From Yuukianura sp. NJ FZ-2021 (taxonomy: Eukaryota), in NCBI GenBank assembly GCA_046563655.1, contig CM102285.1, positions 1,674,001 through 1,738,000 of the forward strand: 64,000 nucleotides of DNA, in the 5' to 3' direction. The notes beneath the pieces are model-generated. The model worked only from the letters and a program-made list of their open reading frames with translations. It made no database searches and was not told the origin of the DNA. Numbering within the stretch: the stretch's first letter is position 1; every line of letters starts with the position of its first letter. Made by a program: the position numbers and the translations under genes. Below, piece after piece: positions 50,125 through 62,247 of the stretch.

Positions 50125-52527
50125 CTTCACAATGCACTGGACAGTTTTCAGTGAGTGAGTTCCACTAGGTACAACGTCTTGTAAAACAGCTACGCAGGAG
50201 GATACACTGAGATCCTCTGCGGTATTTTGTCGCCCATAGTGTAGGATTTCACGTTAGGTCGACGCTTTGTCCTCCGAATCTAAAAAAAAAAAGAAGCAAA
50301 ATGAAATTCCCTGCCTTTTTTACGTAATTTCTAAAATAAGATTGCTTACCTTGTTTTCTTCAGTTTCAATTCGTATTGAATGCCGTTGCTCTTTGTCAAC
50401 CTACGTCAGAGATGTTACTGTAAGATGCAAGTCAATGGATGAAGTTGCAGTCAAGTATTGTTGCCTGTATAAGGAAAAAATGTTCGCTTTATGTAGACCA
50501 ATTTATTCAAAGAAAATTATGATGAAAGTTTTGACAACTATTGCATATGCTGCTGTAGGTCATGAGATTTGGAGTGGAGATACGCACGGTCGGATTGTCG
50601 GGTATTCGATGTATTTTCGCACAATCTCGTGATTTTTGACGTCATTCCGAAATGCAAAAGAAAACAAGTGATCATCTTACAAAAGCAACTCACAAGCCCG
50701 ATGTCAATTTTCCTTGAGCACATGCTGGTTTAGCCTGAATGTGTCTACGTTCGTTTTCGTCCAGAACCAGATTCGTGACCTACTTTACAACGTTATCTCA
50801 TCAGTAAAGTAAACCTGATGTCCTATTATGTAATTTACGTACTTTCCAGTTTCCAGTTTGCGTGACTAGACTAGACTACAATTTCTGTGTTACTGCTACT
50901 GGGTTTCCTTTTCCTATCCTAATGTGAATTTGACTTGCGACGCGACTAGTGCTCTAGAATGGAGACTGAAAAATGATAAATACTTAGATAAATGCAGAAT
51001 TAATATTACCTTACAATACAGTCGTTCAACTCACTTGACCTTTGTTATGAATTTAGTACGATTAGCTTATGCAAATTTTCTCGCATCTTCCATCATTATC
51101 TTTTTCAGGTGGTAGACGAATCGTCAGAATATAGGAAGGAACAGACATCGTTCGTGTGCGCAGAAAAATGAAGTTGAAACAAATGCCACTTTGAGAATTT
51201 GTGCCAAGAGTTGGCGATTCGCGCAAATGTAATTTACGCCTCTGCAAAAGCAATAGAAATTGGTTTACAGTTAATTGGAAATCGATGTACAAAGTTGTCA
51301 AGCTATGCATAAATTGGACATTATTGAGTTTTTAATTTCCCCTGCCACGGACAAGGAGTAGTATTTTTCGCGTAGCGCTATCATGCGATCCTAACCTCGG
51401 AAATTTCAAGTCAGGAGCTATATGGTGTCAATTGCAGCAACACCGCATCATAATACCGTAGTTGTTTTATCTATTAGGTTAGGTTGTGTTTTGGTCAAAG
51501 AGTGTTGAAAATGTTCATTTTTAGTTTCTTTGACCTAATGATTCATGGCTTCTTCTGCGAATATCTACAATTTGACCTTTTCTGTACTTTGAATTCTTTC
51601 TGGCCACGTCAAGTGCCCTGTTGTTGATGTGTGTATTTTCTTTTTCGTTAATCTCCACTCCAATGCAGGAGTAACTTGTAACTCCTCGCACTAAAACTCA
51701 TTGTTCTCGCTATCGCTTCTCAGCGTTTTTAAGTTAGTCTGTATTCCGACTCTGCCCTTCTCTGCCTCTTGATTTTGAAAATATCAATTCTACATTGAAA
51801 CTCAATTATTAAGAGCCAATTCGAGTTCTCAATTTCCAACAAAGACTAATGTCATATTAGACTCGAGAGTCCAAACCGCTAACAATCGGGTATTACAACT
51901 ACGCAACACGGTAGGGTGTAACGGTAGGGGTGTTACCATTGGTGTTAGGTTAGGTTACCAACCTTACTCCAGCCAATTTCTGTATTCTCTGGTGTTTTCC
52001 GAGTATTAGGCTGCCTCATACTCATCCGTGGAGAGAAATTAAATACTAAGCAAAACACAGAACGTGAATATCGTCCGTTGTGAAAGGTTCAGAAGACACG
52101 CACGCAGTGCAAAGTGGCAAAGATCTCCAGGTCAGGAGAATCCAGAAGCAGATACTGTGGCTGGCTGTCGTTTGTTTAATGAGTCACTCTATCTCAATAT
52201 CAATCGGAGGTGTGTGAGGACAAAAGCAAATCAGGTCGGACGTCCTACTAACGATTCCTTTTCGTTTTTGGATATCAATATCGTCTTTAGGTTGCTAGCC
52301 TTCAACGTACTGTACTTACTGACGTTTGAGTCTGACTGACGATCATTGGACGGAAGTTCGTGAATCGGTTCTGGGGACATAAGGCGGACGGGGGATCAGT
52401 GTTCAACTTGAAAACTTAGGTAGGGAAAAAAGGTTGACCAGCGGATATGGTGCTGGTGACATGACATGATCGACGGAATCCTTCTAAAATCGAAATTGCT
52501 AAATTGATTCTAACTTTATCTCATAGA

Positions 52528-54367
52528 ATGGCGACTCTGACGGCAGTTTGCTCCATCTGCAAGGACTCGATAATAAAGCTGCAAAATCCGGAGCCTCGAC
52601 CTCAGCTCCACCCGTCCCTCCAAATCCCCGATAATGTCAACGCAGTGGTGGCTCTGTGTGGCCATACTTTCCACTCATATTGCATTATGCGATGGATGCA
52701 GTAAGAATATTTTATTTATTTGCACATATTTTTCATTTCATAAATACTTGAAGTTTGGTTATTTCTAGATAATCGGTTAACTCTTTGTAAATTGTTCCGT
52801 TTAATTGATTTTTGTAGTAGCAGCATCAATCCGTCTTGTCCGAATTGTCGAAAGGCTATCTCTGGAAGAGGGAATTGTATCCCCATCTACTTCGATACTT
52901 ATGACATGAGCTTGGACTCGTCAACAGCTGGTTCGGCAGACACTGATGCTTTGCAAGAAGAAAACGCTGCTTTGAAACGCGACATTCGAAAAGTTCAAGC
53001 TGACATGGACCGTCTCAATGCTACCACCACTAGTCTTCGTCAGATAAATCAAGTGCTAAGGTATTTTCGTGATTTCTTACCAAGCCAAACTTTCTTATGA
53101 TTTCGATTTCGGCTTATTTCGTTATTGCTAAACTTTCTTTTATTGTGTCTTTTTTTGTTGGCAGTCTTGAGAATTCGAGTTTGGTTCAGCGATTACAAAC
53201 CGAGGAGGCAAAGAGTGACGCCTATATGATGCGATGCCAAGAGGCTGCCAGTTATAAGTCCTACGCTGAGCAGAAGGAACGTGAATGCAAGAAAGTTAAA
53301 GATGAACTCGAGACACTGCAATAGTAAGCTTTTTTTTAAATGTCATCATGGGTGACTGACAGTCATTTCATTCTGTAATACAAATTCTTAGCGTCAAGGC
53401 GATTGTCGAGGGAGTCCGTTTCAATCCAGAGGAGGAGTTTAAGACGTTCCCTGTCACAAACGAATCTATCAAAAGTCTCATTCAACTCAAGAATGTTCTT
53501 CAACAGTATGTCAGTTTTAAGTTTACAGATTGTTTACATAAACTAATTACTTTTTTTTCATCACGATAAAGGGAGATTGAGAATGCTAAGATCAAGCATC
53601 AGAAACATAATGTTCAAAAGGAGGAGAGTAGAAAGGAAATTCTAAAACTCCGTAGTGAAATTCGAAAACTGACGACGGACAATGATGATCTCAAGTTTCA
53701 GTTACAAAATACACAACGTAGTAGGAGGGTCGCTGTAAGTTTGCATAACTTATTGGTGCACTTTGCTGTACATGCATAAATTAAGATAGTTTAGGCAAAT
53801 ATTTTCAGAATGCTTTATGTCATTTTTCCAGCCGACTTCTACGTTTACGTCCGCTGCTGGTTCATCTGAATCCGATGATTCTCCGATTATTACGCCCAGG
53901 CCAAACCGTTTAGCCACGCTTGATGACAGTATTGAAATTCTTGGTGTCTTCAATGGGGATGACAACGATGATGATGTCGGACTTATCACAGGATTAGGTA
54001 CAGGACTCAAGCGAAGTCGAAGCAAAGTTGAGAAAACCAAACCGCCACCAGTGCCCAATAAAAGTGTTAAACGAGCTGACTCTTTGGTTGCCACTCGACG
54101 TGGTCGAGGTGTTCCCGCTGTAAGTCACGAGTCAAACATACTACGCAATTGAAGTAATCGAAGTCACTAAATTACTGAATTACTGATGGTAATCGAAGAC
54201 TGGAGAGTTACGTTAATCATTTATCCTTACCATTTCATTTGTAGGAGCCACTTTCTCCTCTGAATGTGCGTTACCGATGCGGAGTTCCCGGAATGCCTAT
54301 CGACGGACTCGTTCGTTCGACGAAAGGTTCGACTAAATCGTCGGCCAGACCTAACTGGAAACTTTAG
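52528..54367 (+). CDS. RING-H2 plus coiled-coil E3 ubiquitin ligase, TRAIP/NOPO-like, ~420 aa; exons 52528-52700, 52818-53060, 53165-53323, 53392-53505, 53572-53734, 53832-54119, 54245-54367
   Basis: N-terminal CSIC...CGHTFHSYC...W...CPNCR, then a long charged heptad region and a low-complexity tail. Frame consistent (1263 nt). Orthology to TRAIP is not proven. Confidence 0.82.
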
Positions 54368-55180
54368 ACTGCCTTTGGTCTGACTTGGATACTTAAACTG
54401 CCCGTTGCGTGCTTTTGACATCGACTTTGTAATTCTATACTGCTAATATACTTGTAAGACCACTTTTGTACTTGCACTTAATTTTAGTTTTTGTAAGCAC
54501 GTAACTCAACTGGATTAGTTGCGTCCTAATCCACATTTTGCTCAATTTCGTTGCTAATGCTAAGGCTCTCAGTTCAAGTACTGAGATTTGTCCAGGTTTT
54601 TTTTGTAAAAGTGGAAATGAGAAATTGACTTTGACGTGTATGGTGATCCTAACTTAAAAGCGTCTAAAAATAGTAAAACTTTTGTGATTGACATTTTTAA
54701 AAATTCTAATTGTCCGAGATGGTATTATTTTTTGGTTTTGATTTTAATCAAGTACAATAACGAAAGGAAGCTTTTCAGCACATGGCACTTGCGAAAGGGG
54801 TTTTTTCCACTTGCATTGTACGGATATGCGTTCATAGAATAATTTAACAATTTAAATCTCTAACAGCTCATTAAATTTTCAAGATTACGTTATGAAACCT
54901 AACATTTTCAGGCTAGATTATACCTAAGCTAATCTGGTAGTGGTAACGTTGTTTTTTTCGAGACCCGTTGAATTTCAGAGGTAGGAGTCCTACCGTAGAA
55001 TGGCATCGCTCGAGCGTTTTCAGCCGCTCATTTGGTTTTGGCTTGGTCATCATCCTCACTATATACGGAGGTTAGAACAAATATACTTAAAGTTTAAACT
55101 ACTTTTAAACTAACGTGTAGTTTGCTCTGTTTGTTGATCTTCTAGTTTTTCATCAGACCCGTGACCCTGACGACGCAGTT

Positions 55181-55474
55181 CAACGTTGCTATAACGACCA
55201 TTTATACTAAAATGGCGTAAGAGGTTATGTCATAACTCCGAATTTAAAAAAAAAACAAGAAAAACAACTTTTGGACCAATTTTGGACCAATTTTGTTGAT
55301 TTTCACAATAATCTTTTAAATTTCACGTTGCTGAGTCATAGTTTTGATTTCGAATTGCTAACGCAACGGATCCGCGTCAGAAGTGCGGTTCAAAAAATTT
55401 GAAATAGAAAATAACGGAGTTTTGACATAACCTTCTAAGAAGAAATACACAAAATTTCGAGTTAAACAAGCTTG
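55181..55474 (+). mobile_element. Composite non-autonomous element with a 9-bp TSD and an inner inverted-repeat MITE
   Basis: Perfect direct repeat GACGCAGTT at 55172-80 and 55475-83. The empty site is visible in the duplicated segment at ~63066 (GACGCAGTTGGATTGACG). Inner inverted repeat AGGTTATGTCA(T/A)AACTCCG. Confidence 0.8.
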
Positions 55475-56464
55475 GACGCAGTTGGATTGACGAAGTGTTT
55501 CGAACGGTTTTTTTAAATGGTGAAGTTGTTTATGGTTTTAAGCGGGGGCTAAAAGGTACTTCAGCTATAATATTTTCCGTGTTTACGCACACGCATTGCA
55601 TACTTAAAAATTTCATGTCGAGTTACACCTTATTGTTCCTTTTTTTTTTCTAAAAATTGACTACTTTATCAGCAAAACAGAAGTAGCAAAGTAGCGAAAT
55701 CGGCATGAGCTGTATTGCTGTCTTTACGACTAGTGGAGTGAAGGGGCAGTACAGAAGAATCTGTAGAATCACCTTTGGTTAAAAGAGTCAAAGTAATTAA
55801 ACCAATCAATTTTTTTCAATTGTTTCCGGAATCAAGTAGTATAGGCATTTCGCCATATTTGAACAATTTTTTAATGCGATCCAACTATACGCTGCTTTGT
55901 TTTTAAAATTTGGGAATTGGTTCTACTAATCCCCATAGTGGGCTCCGTCGATATAGTCCGGGAGTGAGTTGAATTGAATCGGCGCTTATTGTGATTTACC
56001 GATGAAAACAATTAACATAAAATATTTTCCCTTCCGCAACCTTGTATCAACCCAATTATTACAATCTGTTAATATATAATATTGGTACTGTTCGCAGAGC
56101 GTAATTGAAATAAAAAAAAACACTCAAAAAAACCATGAAAAATAGGCCATTCCAGAGGAGTCGATGCCATAATAGCCAATTCCAAAAAAAAATCCGATTC
56201 TTAGAACATCGGCCAACAATAGTTTAGCACCTTCAGTTCGATTTAATTAAGTTAGATTAAAAACCCTTTAAATGAGCTGATATCATAAATAGTTGTCTTC
56301 CGTACAAGATGAAATTTTATTGCACAAAGCCTATGTAAGTTAATTCCTTATACAACATTGTACAGTATGTGCAGTATACAAGTATAATGCATGTTATCAT
56401 AATTATGTATATATTAATATATTACTATTATATTAATACCTGTACTTAACCATGTTAAACCTTC

Positions 56465-58228
56465 CTATGGAACCAGTTCGTATTTAACACCCGTTGATCG
56501 GATAGTCTCGTCGAGCTCATCTGCAATGTAGTCAGCAAATTCTATTGCACTTTTTTCTGTTGAACATATTTTGCCGTCTACTCCAATGCAGTATCGAAAT
56601 GTTCCGTTGTATGAGGCAACAAGCACCGTCAGCCCTGTACAGATATATATCTCGTTATAATAATTATACATGCTGAACACTATAGTTGATATGTATAACG
56701 TTACGTGTTGTGTTATACACATGTTGCTCAGTACAATTTACATTGTTAAAAACAAGTAAGTGTTGATATCACAACACGATATTTACAGATAACTTGACAA
56801 GTTAAAACGGACATTTATATAAATGAATATCCATATAAAGGTACATGAGTAGCACATGACATGTATTTAATTTAATTAATAGTTTCATCGATATTTTCCG
56901 TTTACCATAAGAACAACCGTTGAAAGCATACGCCATGTCCTCCACCACATTTCCACCAATGCAAAATGCCTTCGTAGGTCCAGGAAAAACACTGATGACC
57001 ACCGTGTTAAGCCGGGCAACTGGAAACATCCACCGCATTGGCAATGAACCAACAAATGCAGCCAACAGGAATCCAACCGAAGCCGATTTCCATCGGCGCT
57101 CTGCATTTGCATAGCCTTCCAGCAGTGTCAATCTTTCATGGGCACTGGCAGCTCCGACTGGCAAGGGTATGGTAAGGATGTACCTTACAAACAAACAAGT
57201 TGGTTATAAAATTACTACGCTTTCAAAAAAATAAAATCTCTCTGTTTGCTCGTATACACTTTATTTGTAAGTTTATTGGGGTGATTTGGCGCGAAAATCG
57301 GCGTGATGCATGGCATGTCACGTGGAACTGACTTCCCTTCCTTTTGAAGTTTTCTTCGAATTGCTCCTGTGAGTAGCCCAATCATCGCAATGGACACGGA
57401 CACGTTGAGTTTTGAACTCAACTGTTTGACTTGACCCAGGTCAAATGACCTTGACATTGGAAAGTATCTCACCCCGGTAAGATTGGAAGAATCGAAAATC
57501 ATTGGAGTTGCATCCATTGAATCAAAAATGAGATTGAAGTAAGAGGCGATGAAATACAAGATACGTCGGAAAAAATCCAAACAGGATGTTCGCGGTTCTT
57601 CTGGAAATTGGATTCGTTGAGGCTCGGAGTCCGCCACACGCATTAAAACATCAAAAATTGCTTCACCATCACACAAAGTGTGGTGGAATTTAAAACAAAT
57701 GAAGTGACAATCTGAGTTATCTCCAAATTCCAAAAATGTCGCTTCCCACGGACTCAATTTTTCTGGCACAGGACTGTAGAGCATCCTCTCGAACTGCGCA
57801 TGAGCGTCAGCCTCTTGGTCCAGAGTCACATGGTGAATGTGTTTGTCCATGTCGAATGATTTCTCCCACTTCCAGAAGGCGTATCCACCAAACATAGTTG
57901 CGTACTGCTGGAATTCGGGATAAACGAAGTCTCCCGAGTCATCCCGAGCGAAAATGCATTTCGTTCGGAACCGCTCTTTTACTAAATCACTGTCCAGTTT
58001 TCCCGAAACTTTGAACCAAATGAGAACATTCTGTGCTGTGTCGCAAGATGCGTATATTTGACTTTGCGGAGGCAAAATTTTGTGTAACTTTTTTGAAAAC
58101 AAGGGTGCAAATTTTGCTAGAATTTGCCTGTAGAGTAAAATGGGCAAAGTTAGGCAAATAAATAGAAAAAATCCAACACCTAGAAGAAATTTGGCTACTA
58201 ATTTGACTATTGATTTGAAGAAATCCAT
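56465..58228 (-). CDS. W15: WS/DGAT-like O-acyltransferase, subfamily C, 472 aa (exons 58228-57258, 57183-56906, 56634-56465)
   Basis: Spliced frame open (971+278+170 nt). HHTLCDG. Confidence 0.88.
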
Positions 58229-59405
58229 TGCAAGTTGAATAAGTGTTCTTATTGCGATGGCGCTGCAAGCCGAGAGAATTGAAAACTAAAATTTACTGCA
58301 AAATTTATCATTTTCTTGCACCTTTATGGATTGAAGTTTTTTTTATGTATCTACTAGTTGATTTTCCTGTTTAGTTTCTCAAAAACTTGAAATTTTGCCT
58401 TGAAAGAAAACAGGATTGTAAAACCGGTTATCCTGTATCCTGTGTTGGGTTTTATAACTAATAAAGAAAACTTCGGTTATATAGTGAGTTCAAGGAATCA
58501 ATCAACAAAATCAAGTAACTCAACCGGATTGGTTGCGTACTGATCTATATTTTACTCAATCTCGCTACAAATGCTAACGTTTTCAGTCAAAGTACTGAGA
58601 TTTGTCCACTTTTTTTTTGTAAAAGTGGAAATGAGAAATTGACCTTGACGTGTATGGTGATCTTAATTTAAAAGCGTCTAAAAATAGTAAAACTTTTGTG
58701 ATTGACATTTTAAAAAATTAATAAAAAAATCAATAACTTGACATTTTTTAATTTTGTTAAATAATTTATAAAATTTGCTACGCCGTATCTTTCTATCGTA
58801 ATGATTTGTGTGTAATGTAACGGAATTGGCGCAAAATTGTTTTCACTCAAAATTTGGAAAACCGCGAGTTATTGAACAACCTCTTGTAGGAAATACAATT
58901 TTGTTGCTATACCAACCTTGAGTGGGAGCATTTGATGACATCTTGCTCTCAATATTCATTGTGTGCTTGAAAGTGTATAGACTTGACACTAAAGTTCTTC
59001 GGGTATAATTACATTGCCCTCCATTTCATTTATTTTTTAGTTCAAACGGAGTATACCATAACAACCAAATCAAAAAGATCCGTTTGCCAAAAAAGCCCAT
59101 TCGAGAGGAGCTACCATAATAGGTATAATACCATAATACCATAGGTATAATAGCCAATTCTGAAAAAAATGCGATTCTTAGAACATCGGTCAACAATAGT
59201 TTAGTACCTTATGTTCGATTTAATTAAGTTAGATTAAAAAACTTTAATGAGCTAATAGGATATAACTTCTATAATTTACGAGATGAAATTTTATTGCACA
59301 AAACCAGTGTAAGTTAGATCATTATACCACATTGTACAGTATGTGCAGTATACAAGTATATGATGCATGTTATCATAATTATGTATAGATTAACATATTA
59401 CTATA

Positions 59406-59626
59406 CAGTGAGGTCCAGCTAAAAGAGTACACCCAGAAATCAGTAATTTGTTTAATTTCGAAACTATGGAGGGAAAACCGGCGAAATAATGCGATTTACA
59501 AAAATTCCATCATAGCAGTTTACTAAAGTTTCAAATTTTGAGCTACCTTTTCCCTCATGTTTACATAAGTTACAACTCGTCTCTATGGAAACAAAACAGG
59601 GGTGTACTCTTTTAGCTGGACCTCAC
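59406..59626. mobile_element. Tc1-type MITE just downstream of the W16 stop
   Basis: Perfect 27-bp inverted repeat GTGAGGTCCAGCTAAAAGAGTACACCC after TA-CA. Absent from the homologous W15 flank (~56425). Confidence 0.85.
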
Positions 59627-59659
59627 ATTGATACCTTTACTTAAGCATACAAAACCTTC

Positions 59660-62221
59660 CTATGGAACCAGTTCGCATCCAACCCCCGTTGAGCGAATAG
59701 TCTCGTCGAGCTCAGCTGCAATATAGTCAACAAATTCTACTGCACTTTCTTCTGTCGAACAAATTTTGCCGTCTACTCCAATGCAGTAGCGAAATGTTCC
59801 ATTGTAAGATGCAATCATCGCCGTCAGCCCTGTACACATATATATTTCGTTATAATAATTATACATGCTGAACAATGTATTTGATATGCAGTACGTTACA
59901 TGGTGTGTAATACAAATGTTGCTCATTACAATTTACATATTGCTCAAAACAAGAATTAAAAATTGTATTAGTGTTATGAACTCTGATATTACCACACGAT
60001 ATTTACAGAAAACTCGACTATTAAAACGGATATCTATATATAAACATATCGTGTGTTCATTAAGTAAGTTAAACGCTTGAAGTGAAAGTAGAAAGTGAAA
60101 TGGGCGGAGCGAACAGGGCGAGAGCTACACCATGGGGGGAAGTTCGTGCAACTCCCCATATTATGGTTAGGACCTATGTTCCCTATAAAACCGATCATGT
60201 TTCAAAAGGTAATAATACAGGAGTGACATGGAAACCTGCATACCATAAATTTGTTTCCCTGGCAACAGCTAAAATTATGGAGGCGAAAAGTAACTTTTGC
60301 GCTGACAACTTTGATTCTGTTTGAAAAACTATCATTTCGGTGGTTTTCATGAAACCGATTACCCCCCCCCCCCTTGCAGGTTTTCGCGTGGCACTCACTG
60401 TATATATAGGTTAACCAATTATTATATATTCTATTATTATATATTTTATTATATATTATTATATAATAGTTTATATTATATTATAATTAGAGATAATATT
60501 ATTCCAATATAGAATAATATATAGTAGCATATTATAATTAAATATGATATTATATAATAATTAGTATTATTCTTATATACCATTAAAATCTAATTAAACT
60601 ACATCATTATTATATACTTATATATAATATACATTATTAGTATAATAATTAATTAATAATCAATTATACATAGAATGAATGATTTCATGTGAAAGTCAAA
60701 GTCAAACGGGCAGGCTATCGCCAAAATTTTCCCTCGATGACTCCCTTTCCCGCTCAGATTCCACCCCAAGCTGCAACCTCCTTATCCACATGAAATGAGG
60801 GAAGCGTCTAACTTACATTCTGAACACACGATATGAATAGCACGAGACACGAATGTAATTTAATTAGTTTCATCGAAATTTTCTGTTTACCATAACAACA
60901 ACCGTTGATAGCATACGCCATGTCCTCCACTACATTTCCACCAATGGAAAATGCTTCCGTAGGTCCAGGAAAAACGCTCACAATAACCGTGTTAAGCCGG
61001 GCAATTGGAAATATCCACCGCATTGGCAATGAACCAATCAATGCAGCCAACAAGAATCCAACAGCAGCCGATTTCGTTTGGCGCTCTGCATTTGCGTAGG
61101 GCTGGAGCAACGCAAGTCTCTCATGAGCACTAGCAGTTCCGACTGGCAAGGGTATGTCAAGGATGTACCTTATAAACAAACAAGTCGGTTATAAAATTAC
61201 TACTCTTTCATAAAAATTAAAATAATCTCTGTTTGTTCGTATACACTTTATTAATAAGTTTCTGGGGGTGATTTGGCGCATAAATTCCAGTGATGCATCG
61301 CATTTCACTTGGAACTGCCTTCCCTTCGTGTTGAAGTTTTCTTCGAATTGCCCCTGTGAGTAGCCCAATCATCGCAATGGACACTGACACGTTGAGTTTT
61401 GAACTCAACTGTTTGACTTGACTCAGGTCAAATGACCTTGACATTGGAAAATATCTCACCCCGGTAAGATTAGAAGAATCAAAAATCATTGGAGTGGAAT
61501 CCATTGAATCAAAGATGAGATTAAAGTAAGAAGCGATGAAATAAAAGATACGTCGGAAAAAATCCAAACAGGAAGTTGGCGGTTCTTCTGGAAGTTGGAT
61601 TCGTTGCGGCTCGGAGTCTGCCACACGCATCAGAACATCAAAAATTGCTTCACCATCACACAAACTGTGGTGGAATTTGAAACAAATGAAGTGACAATCT
61701 GAGTTATCTCCAAACTCCAAAAATGTCGCTTCCCACGGACTGGATTTTTCTGGAAGAGGAGTCTGGAGTATCCTCTCGAACTGCGCATGAGCGCCAGCCT
61801 CTTGGTCGAACGTCACGTGATGAATGTGTTTGTCAATGTCGAATGACTCCTCCCACTTCCAGAAGGCGTATCCACCAAACATAGCTGGATACTGTTGCAA
61901 TTCAGGATAAAAGAGGTCACCCGAGTCATCCCGAGCGAAAATGCACTTTGTTCGGAATCGCTCTTTTACTAAATCAGAGTCCAACTTTCCAGAAACTTTA
62001 AACCAAATGAGAATATTGAATGCTGTGTGGAGTCCGGAAGATGAGTATGTCTGACTTTGCGGAGGCAAAATTTTGTGTAACTTTTTTGAAAACAAGGGTA
62101 CGAATTTTGCTAGAATTTGTCTGTAGAGTAGAACGGGCAAAGTTAGGAAAATAAAAAGAAGAAATCCAACTCCGAGAGCAAATTTTGCTACTATTTTGAC
62201 TACTGATTTGATGAAATCCAT
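59660..62221 (-). CDS. W16: WS/DGAT-like O-acyltransferase, subfamily C, 474 aa (exons 62221-61245, 61168-60891, 59829-59660)
   Basis: Spliced frame open (977+278+170 nt). HHSLCDG. Confidence 0.87.
60049..60831. mobile_element. 783-bp TA-flanked element in W16 intron 2 with a nested 183-bp MITE (60218-60400)
   Basis: Outer TIR TCGTGTGTTCA....GTAAGTTA.ACGCTT. Inner imperfect TIR CAG(T)GAGTG..A..G..AAACCTGCA, also TA-flanked. Confidence 0.8.
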
Positions 62222-62247
62222 TGCAAAGTTAATTCGTGTTCTTATAG

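Noticed and set aside
50267-50632. 121-aa plus-strand ORF divergent from AOX
   Set aside because: TTG start, overlaps the AOX 5'UTR intron antisense (its poly-K is the polypyrimidine tract), and has no domain signal.
354-58268. Alternative-frame minus-strand ORFs overlapping exon 1 (e.g. 354-563, 911-1198, 4008-4295, 57987-58268)
   Set aside because: Frame-shifted readings of the real exon with no independent support.
60405-60670. Extremely AT-rich tract as an origin or regulatory element
   Set aside because: Low-complexity filler inside a transposon; no specific structure.
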